30,873 bases of DNA. It comes from Candidatus Rokubacteria bacterium 13_1_40CM_69_27. GTDB lineage: Bacteria > Methylomirabilota > Methylomirabilia > Rokubacteriales > CSP1-6. The translations under genes were made by a program, and so were the position numbers. The DNA is taken from NCBI GenBank assembly GCA_001917535.1, contig MNEF01000095.1, forward strand, positions 1 to 30,873. The letters run 5' to 3'. Below are positions 25,906 through 30,873 of the stretch, piece by piece; within the stretch, counting starts at the first letter, position 1; each line of letters starts with the position of its first letter. Under the pieces are notes generated by a model, which searched no databases, had not been told where the DNA came from, and saw only the letters and a list, made by a program, of their open reading frames with translations.

Positions 25906-26100
25906 CTAACGTCGGGCCACCTTGTCCGCCAGGCTCCAGTCCACGTAGGGCGCCAGGTCCGGGACCGGCCCCTTGACGTCCCCCAGGGCGATCATGTTCT
26001 CGAGGACCTTGCGCAAGCCTGCGGGCGACAGGCGCAGATCTCGCGGATGCGTCTTGAGCTCCTCCACCCACAAGGCCAGCGCGAGGCAGCGGATCATGGC
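25906..26100 (-). CDS. Small hypothetical protein (64 aa) translationally coupled to the upstream SBP-like gene
   Basis: Start/stop overlap gccATGAtcc. The open frame runs to the next gene start. No recognisable domain. Confidence 0.3.
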   Translation of the reverse strand, partial: AMIRCLALALWVEELKTHPRDLRLSPAGLRKVLENMIALGDVKGPVPDLAPYVDWSLADKVARR

Positions 26101-27011
26101 TCTTCCTTCAGCGTCGCGGCGGCCTGGCGGACGTACCCGATGTCGACGAGATCCTCGTAGCGGTGGCGACGCTTGATGAAGCCGCCGTCGAGCAGGATCT
26201 GCTGGAGGTACTCGAAGCCCGGCCGCCGGAGGAGCGGGTCGGTGGCCCACGTGCCCTGGCCGAGGTAGCGCTCCACCGCCCGGCGCCGCAGCTCGGCCGG
26301 GATGTCGGCGAAGTCCGGCGCGATGAGGTCGGCGATCGCGGCGGCGTCGTGGCCGGCCATCCAGCGCTGCGCCCGGAAGACCGCGCGGGTGAAGTGGAGC
26401 AGCAGTTCGGGCTCGCGCTGCAGCCGGTCGGGCGTCGTCATGTAGGACGAGAACGGCACGGGCCCGGTCGCCTCGCCCATCGAGGTCACGAGGTGGGCGC
26501 CGCTCGACAACAGCTCGTCGGTGGTGGGCTGGCCGGCCTCCAGGAACTCGCCCCGCCCGGCCCGGAAGGCGGCCACCGCGGCGGCGCCGTGCAAATCGCG
26601 GACGAAGGTGACGTGGGCGGGATCGAGACCGTGGCGACGCAGCACGGTCAGCATGCACTGCCAGGGCGTGGGCGCGCCGGCGAACGAGATCACCGTGCGG
26701 CCCATCAGATCGCGCCACGTGAAGTCGGGGCGGGGCGTGCGGCTCAGGAGGAAGAAGCCGTTCCGGCTGTTCATCTCGGCGAAGTGGGGAAAGAGGCGGC
26801 CGCCCCGGTCGGCCACGTCGAGGCTCCGCATGAGCCCGCCCAGGCTGATCTGGGCCGTGCCCTCGACGAGGGCACGGAGCGTGTTGGTGCTGCCGTCCGC
26901 GATCACGGCCTGCACCTCCAGCCCCTCGGCCGCGAAGTGGCCGCCGTGGAGCGCGACGTACTGCGGGGCGTAGAAGAGCGTCCGGAAGGGCTGCGCGACC
27001 GTGACTCTCAT
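26094..27011 (-). CDS. NMT1/THI5-like (SsuA/TauA-family) substrate-binding-fold protein without signal peptide
   Basis: Type-II PBP fold. Resembles the truncated paralog at 24442-24906 in the 'VVW...P...LADLKG..I' region. Confidence 0.65.
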   Translation of the reverse strand: MRVTVAQPFRTLFYAPQYVALHGGHFAAEGLEVQAVIADGSTNTLRALVEGTAQISLGGLMRSLDVADRGGRLFPHFAEMNSRNGFFLLSRTPRPDFTWRDLMGRTVISFAGAPTPWQCMLTVLRRHGLDPAHVTFVRDLHGAAAVAAFRAGRGEFLEAGQPTTDELLSSGAHLVTSMGEATGPVPFSSYMTTPDRLQREPELLLHFTRAVFRAQRWMAGHDAAAIADLIAPDFADIPAELRRRAVERYLGQGTWATDPLLRRPGFEYLQQILLDGGFIKRRHRYEDLVDIGYVRQAAATLKEEP

Positions 27012-27038
27012 GGCGCCCGAGTATAGATCAGCCGCGGG

Positions 27039-27959
27039 CTACTGCAGGCCGTACATCACTTTGCCGGCGACCGGCAGCTGGGCGGTCAAGATCTCGCCGT
27101 TCAGCGAATCGGTGATGTAGAGAGTCTTACGATCCGGGCTGCCGAACGCGATGTTGGTCAGCAGGCGGTGCCCGTCGGCGTGCACGAGGTGGGTCGGCAG
27201 GCAGTTCGCGTCGAAGCGCCAGACGCCCACGCCGAGGTGACAGACGACCAGACCGTCCTCCGCGTCCGCCTCGATGCCGTCGGGGCCCGCGTGGCCGCCG
27301 GAAAGCTGGATCGCGACGCCGGTCTTGGACGGCTGCCCATCCGCCATCAGCGGCAGGCGCCAGATCTGCTGGGAGCGCGTCACCGCCACGTAGACCTGGT
27401 TGTTCTTCGTGTTGAGCGTGATGCCGTTGGGGCTCGGCACGTTGGTCGCGAGCTTGTCCAGCCCTCCGGTGGCGCGCCGCCGGAACACGCGTCCGCTGGG
27501 ATCGGTGATGCCGGTCTGCCCCTGGTCGGTGAAGTAGAGATCGCCGTTGGCCGCGAAGTGCAGGTCATTCAACCCCTTGAAGCCCTCGCTGTAGGCGGTC
27601 TCCAGCAGCGGCTCCACCTTTCCGCTCCCGGCATCCAGGACCATCAAGCCCCGCCGGTAATCGGCGATGAAGATGCGGCCGTCCCTGTGGAGCTTCAACC
27701 CGTTGGGCCAGCCGTCGTACTGGGTCACCAGCTCCCACTCGCCCCTGGTCGTGATCCGGAACACGCGCCCGAACGGGATGTCCACGAAGTAGAGATTGCC
27801 TGCCCGGTCGAAGGAGGGCCCCTCGAGGAAGCTGTCCACTTCCGCGCCCTGACGGTTGTGATCCGACCACGTGGTACGGCCCTTGGTGCGGAACTTCTGG
27901 GGCATCGACATGAAGCTCTGGGCCTTGATCAGCTCGGGCTGCTTGAACGGGTTGAGCAT
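27039..27959 (-). CDS. SMP-30/gluconolactonase/LRE-like (SGL) six-bladed beta-propeller lactonase
   Basis: Repeated blade motifs: EGP.FDR.GNLYFVD, PNGL, NDL.F...GDLYFTD, PNGI, GPDGI.D..G. Confidence 0.8.
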   Translation of the reverse strand: MLNPFKQPELIKAQSFMSMPQKFRTKGRTTWSDHNRQGAEVDSFLEGPSFDRAGNLYFVDIPFGRVFRITTRGEWELVTQYDGWPNGLKLHRDGRIFIADYRRGLMVLDAGSGKVEPLLETAYSEGFKGLNDLHFAANGDLYFTDQGQTGITDPSGRVFRRRATGGLDKLATNVPSPNGITLNTKNNQVYVAVTRSQQIWRLPLMADGQPSKTGVAIQLSGGHAGPDGIEADAEDGLVVCHLGVGVWRFDANCLPTHLVHADGHRLLTNIAFGSPDRKTLYITDSLNGEILTAQLPVAGKVMYGLQ

Positions 27960-27998
27960 GGTTGAGGGAGTCTAACATTACTACGACCGCCGACACGC

Positions 27999-29423
27999 TC
28001 AGCCGAGCAAGCTCTCCTGCAGCGCCATACCGGTGAACGGGTCGACGAGCTCCCGGCCGGCCCGCTTGAAGGGGAACCAGGTGAGCGTCGTGGCCGCCAC
28101 GGATAGCTTCACGTCCGGCTTCGGCCGCGGCAGGCCGGCCGCCGTGAAATGGGCGAGGAGGGCCGCATCCTCGGCGTCGTAGAAGCAGCCGCGGACCTGG
28201 GGCCGGGTGCCCGTCCACCGGTCATACGTGCGGGGCTTCCCCGACAGGCGCACGGTGAGGTCAGCCAGCGCCTTGAGGCGGCGGTAGCGGAAGGCGGGCA
28301 CGTAGTAGCGGGAGGGGCTGTGGCCGGGCGCGGTGTCGAGCAGCCAGAAGGGGAGATAGACGGCGGCGACGTTCTGGCTCCCGTCCTTGACGTCAGCGAT
28401 CTCGTGGGGCATCTCGGTCATGTCGGTTCCGCGAATCTGCCAGACCCTCTCGCACGAGTCGCAGAAGAAGATGATGTCGTCAGGGTTCACAGGCAGGTCC
28501 CAACCGCAGTTCGGGCAGACGAGCGGCCGGAAGCCGACCGTTGGCTGGTTCCCGGCAGGTGCACTATCGAGCACCCTGTAGAGTGAGAGTGAGGCTTGGG
28601 ACTGGACGACGCTCTCCGCCACGCCGTCCACGATCGTGAGCCAGCTCTGCCCGCGCTGCTGGAGCTCGACGACCCAGAACGGGAAGTAGATCACGGACAG
28701 GATGCGGCCGAGCACTTGCCGGTACACGACGTGTTCGACGTCGCCCACCTGGAGCCCCCGCCCCGTGGCCGCCTCCACGTCGATGCCAACCTCGACGGCC
28801 GTGCCGAGGGGTGCGAGCGCGCCCGGGCGAAGGAGTCGGACGCGGAGGACCTGGGCGCGAACTCCCAGCGAGTAGACATCGAGGCCGGGGAGGTCGCGCG
28901 CCAGGAAACTCTTCTCGACGTAGCGGTCGACGAACTGAACCTGCGCCTCCAGGGCTCCACTCTTCACCTGCTGCGCCAGCGCGCGGATGACGGGTTCGGG
29001 CGCTTGCCTTCGCCAGGTGGCAGCCCTGAGGACGGCACGTACGGCATCGCTGACCTGGCGACCAAAGGCGAGGCCGGCGAGATCGGCTCCGCGAGCGTCG
29101 TCGGTGCCGGAGAACCCATCCGAATCGTCCGCGGGCTTCTGGGGTACGTCCTGCCACTGGAAGTCATGACCCCTCAGCCGGTAGAAGGGGAGGAAGTAGA
29201 GGTGAGCGCGGACAACGCGCGCCGCGAGCTGCCCTGCCCTCGCGACTGTGCCGGCCACGCCCGCTGTCACCTTCGGCGCCACGAAATAGCTCAGGACCTG
29301 CTTGCGACCGGTCACGAGCAGGTTCGAGCGGCAGTTCAGGCAGCGGACGGCGTTGGCGCCCTCGGAGAAGTCGAGGGGCGCGCTGCAGTTGGGACACTCG
29401 GTGGAGACAACGACCTCGCTCAC
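27999..29423 (-). CDS. Hypothetical 474-aa protein with two C4 zinc ribbons and a four-times repeated aromatic-Y-x-P-F-aromatic motif (two homologous halves)
   Basis: GTG start at complement 29421-29423 follows GGAGAG. The longer track ORF overlaps the upstream SPFH gene by 150 nt. ZnR1: CPNC-x17-CLNC (N-terminus). ZnR2: CPNC-x14-CDSC (middle). Motifs: YFLPFY, YFPFW, YLPFW, WFPFK. Confidence 0.55.
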   Translation of the reverse strand: MSEVVVSTECPNCSAPLDFSEGANAVRCLNCRSNLLVTGRKQVLSYFVAPKVTAGVAGTVARAGQLAARVVRAHLYFLPFYRLRGHDFQWQDVPQKPADDSDGFSGTDDARGADLAGLAFGRQVSDAVRAVLRAATWRRQAPEPVIRALAQQVKSGALEAQVQFVDRYVEKSFLARDLPGLDVYSLGVRAQVLRVRLLRPGALAPLGTAVEVGIDVEAATGRGLQVGDVEHVVYRQVLGRILSVIYFPFWVVELQQRGQSWLTIVDGVAESVVQSQASLSLYRVLDSAPAGNQPTVGFRPLVCPNCGWDLPVNPDDIIFFCDSCERVWQIRGTDMTEMPHEIADVKDGSQNVAAVYLPFWLLDTAPGHSPSRYYVPAFRYRRLKALADLTVRLSGKPRTYDRWTGTRPQVRGCFYDAEDAALLAHFTAAGLPRPKPDVKLSVAATTLTWFPFKRAGRELVDPFTGMALQESLLG

Positions 29424-29464
29424 CCTGGTGCTCTCCGGCGCCGGTCCGAGAGGATGGCTTCGTG

Positions 29465-30529
29465 CTAGCTCGAAGCGACCGCCTGGCCGCAGGACGAGCA
29501 GAAGCGCGCGTCCCCCGGAAGATCGGCCTGGCACCGCGAGCATTTTCTGGCCACGCCGAGCTGACGCCCGCAGCGCGGGCAGAACCGGCTGTCGCTCGCG
29601 ACCTGAGCCTGGCAACCCTGGCAGGTCACCGTCGCAGGCTGGGCGGCGGTGTCGGGGGCGGTCGGCCCGGTAGCGAGACTCTTCCCGAGCGTTCCCGGCA
29701 GTGCCATACCGAGCCCGGCGCCAACCCCCACGCCCATCCCAGCCGCCGCGCCGCTGGCGAGCGCACCACCGCTGGTAGCCGCGTCGCCCAGCGCTTTCGC
29801 GGCCTTGAACTTGAGGAACTGGTCCAGGTTCCCGACGGCGGCCATGCCGGAGCGCTCGTCGATCATCCGCTGGACCTCCTCGGGCGGGGTGATGCGGTTG
29901 ATGTAGAAGTCCACGAGCTCCATGCCGTACTTCCGGAAATCTTCGGCGAGCCGCGTCTTCACGGCCACAGCCATTTCGTCGTAGCTCTTGGGCAGTTCGA
30001 TCAGGCTCTGCACCGTCTCACCCAGGAAGTCGTTGAGGCGCGCCACGATCACCTCGCGCAGGTAGTCCTCGAGGTGATCGGTGGTGTACGAGCCCTGGGT
30101 GCCGACGAGGCTGTTGATGAAGAGCGCCGGCTTGGCGAGCCGCATGGTGAAGGTCCCGAAGGCGCGCAGCCGGATCATCCCGAAATAATTGTCCTTGAAG
30201 GCCACCGGATCCTTGGTCCCCCAGCGCATGTTGGTGAAGACCTTGAGGTTGGCGAAGTAGACCTCGGCGCGGAACGGGCTCTGGAACCCGTAGGGCAGGG
30301 ACAGGAGCCGCGTCAGGAGCGGCAGGTTCTGGGTGGAGAGCGTGTGGCGGCCGGGCCCGAGGACGTCGAGCCCCTTGCCGTCCCGGAAGAACATGGCGGC
30401 CTGATTCTCGCGCACCACGAGCTGGGCGCCCAACTTGATATCGGCCGAGCCCTGCCTGGGGTAGCGGTGAACGATCTCGGTGCCGAACTCGTCGAACCAC
30501 TCGATGATTTCCATCAGGATCGGTGCCAT
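29465..30529 (-). CDS. SPFH/Band-7 family protein (Band_7_1-type, often mis-annotated 'virion core protein') with C-terminal double zinc ribbon
   Basis: The N-terminus '[25 protein letters not shown]...[33 protein letters not shown]' is typical of the PF13421-type SPFH family. A Gly/Ala-rich linker follows. Then CQGC-x9-CPRC-x8-CSRC-x10-CSSC. Confidence 0.8.
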   Translation of the reverse strand: MAPILMEIIEWFDEFGTEIVHRYPRQGSADIKLGAQLVVRENQAAMFFRDGKGLDVLGPGRHTLSTQNLPLLTRLLSLPYGFQSPFRAEVYFANLKVFTNMRWGTKDPVAFKDNYFGMIRLRAFGTFTMRLAKPALFINSLVGTQGSYTTDHLEDYLREVIVARLNDFLGETVQSLIELPKSYDEMAVAVKTRLAEDFRKYGMELVDFYINRITPPEEVQRMIDERSGMAAVGNLDQFLKFKAAKALGDAATSGGALASGAAAGMGVGVGAGLGMALPGTLGKSLATGPTAPDTAAQPATVTCQGCQAQVASDSRFCPRCGRQLGVARKCSRCQADLPGDARFCSSCGQAVASS

Positions 30530-30538
30530 GGCTCCGTC

Positions 30539-30873
30539 CTATTCCGCCGTGAGGATCTGCCGGCGCTTGTCGAACGTCCGTTCGAAATCGTCCAGCGCTG
30601 CCTCCATCTCGTCCCCGGCCCGCTTGACGGCGCTCGGATCCTGATGGGACTGGCGAACGGCTGCGGCCTTGGCTTTTACCGCCGTCAGTGTCTCGAAGAG
30701 CCCCACGTCGAAGGCGTAGAGCTGCTCGAGGGTCTTCATGTCGACCTTGTGGAGGTCGAACAGCCCCCGGTAGCCTCGACCGGCGTACTCGACCGTCCGC
30801 CCGAGCTTCTCGAGCTTGCCGGCAAGCCGATCGAGCAGCGGCAGTTGCGAAAGGTCTCGGGCGTCGGTGAGCC
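30539..30873 (-). CDS. Predicted alpha-helical protein, 5'-truncated by the window edge; first visible gene of the SPFH operon
   Basis: The open frame continues to the window end with no stop. The helical composition (…LEKLGRTVEY…KTLEQLYAFDVGLFETLTAVKAKAAAVRQ…) is a PspA- or TelA-like partner only by context, not by recognisable motif. Confidence 0.45.
   Translation of the reverse strand, partial: LTDARDLSQLPLLDRLAGKLEKLGRTVEYAGRGYRGLFDLHKVDMKTLEQLYAFDVGLFETLTAVKAKAAAVRQSHQDPSAVKRAGDEMEAALDDFERTFDKRRQILTAE

Noticed and set aside
29424-29615. Longer 538-aa version of the zinc-ribbon protein
   Set aside because: It would overlap the 3' 150 nt of the strongly supported SPFH gene. A GTG with GGAGAG RBS at 29423, just downstream of the SPFH stop, gives a non-overlapping 474-aa product starting at the first zinc ribbon.
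1-30873. Search for CRISPR arrays, rRNA or tRNA genes, and IS or transposase genes
   Set aside because: No short regularly spaced direct repeats, no rRNA- or tRNA-like conserved strings, and no transposase or integrase-like ORF were seen. The only repeats are the RidA gene triplication and the two ORF6N-associated palindromes.

Overview
This is a high-GC (roughly 70%) bacterial chromosomal segment. Its gene content (sulfite dehydrogenase, many ABC-transporter and amidohydrolase/cupin genes, a heme-c/beta-propeller fusion) suggests a soil lineage such as Rokubacteria, Deltaproteobacteria or Actinobacteria, but the taxon cannot be fixed from sequence alone. It opens with the 3' end of a GlnRS-like tRNA-synthetase gene. 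Directly after it lies a markedly lower-GC insertion (about 40-58% GC, ~230-2320) carrying a compact three-gene operon. The three products are a cold-shock-domain-like OB-fold protein, a circularly permuted NlpC/P60 (LRAT/YiiX-like) papain-fold protein, and a protein with a C-terminal ParB/Srx-fold nuclease-like domain. I could not match this combination to any described system, and it is my best candidate for a novel conflict/defense or toxin module. It appears to have landed in, and truncated, an ORF6N/ORF6C-family gene. An intact paralog further downstream is flanked by two near-identical palindromes, and a TraR/DksA zinc-finger gene follows, which reads as the remnant of a mobile or phage-derived region. 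The rest of the window is ordinary chromosome. It holds pirin, an FMN reductase, a Uma2 endonuclease, an RDD protein, an SDR, and sorAB (Mo-dependent sulfite dehydrogenase plus cytochrome c). A Liv-type ABC operon contains an unusual triple-tandem RidA fusion. There follow a methyltransferase, a secreted vanadium-haloperoxidase/PAP2-like protein, a heme-c CxxCH/streptogramin-lyase-like propeller fusion, an MBL hydrolase and CinA. A minus-strand catabolic cluster (amidohydrolase, bicupin dioxygenase, NMT1-like SBP, SGL lactonase) carries two decayed genes. The 3' end holds a second poorly characterised operon: a helical protein (5'-truncated), an SPFH/Band-7 protein with a C-terminal double zinc ribbon, and a 474-aa protein with two zinc ribbons and a four-fold aromatic-Y-x-P-F-aromatic motif. 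Many long ORFs in the six-frame track are high-GC antisense artefacts, for example the 1550-aa ORF over sorA and the liv genes. I found no tRNA, rRNA or CRISPR array.
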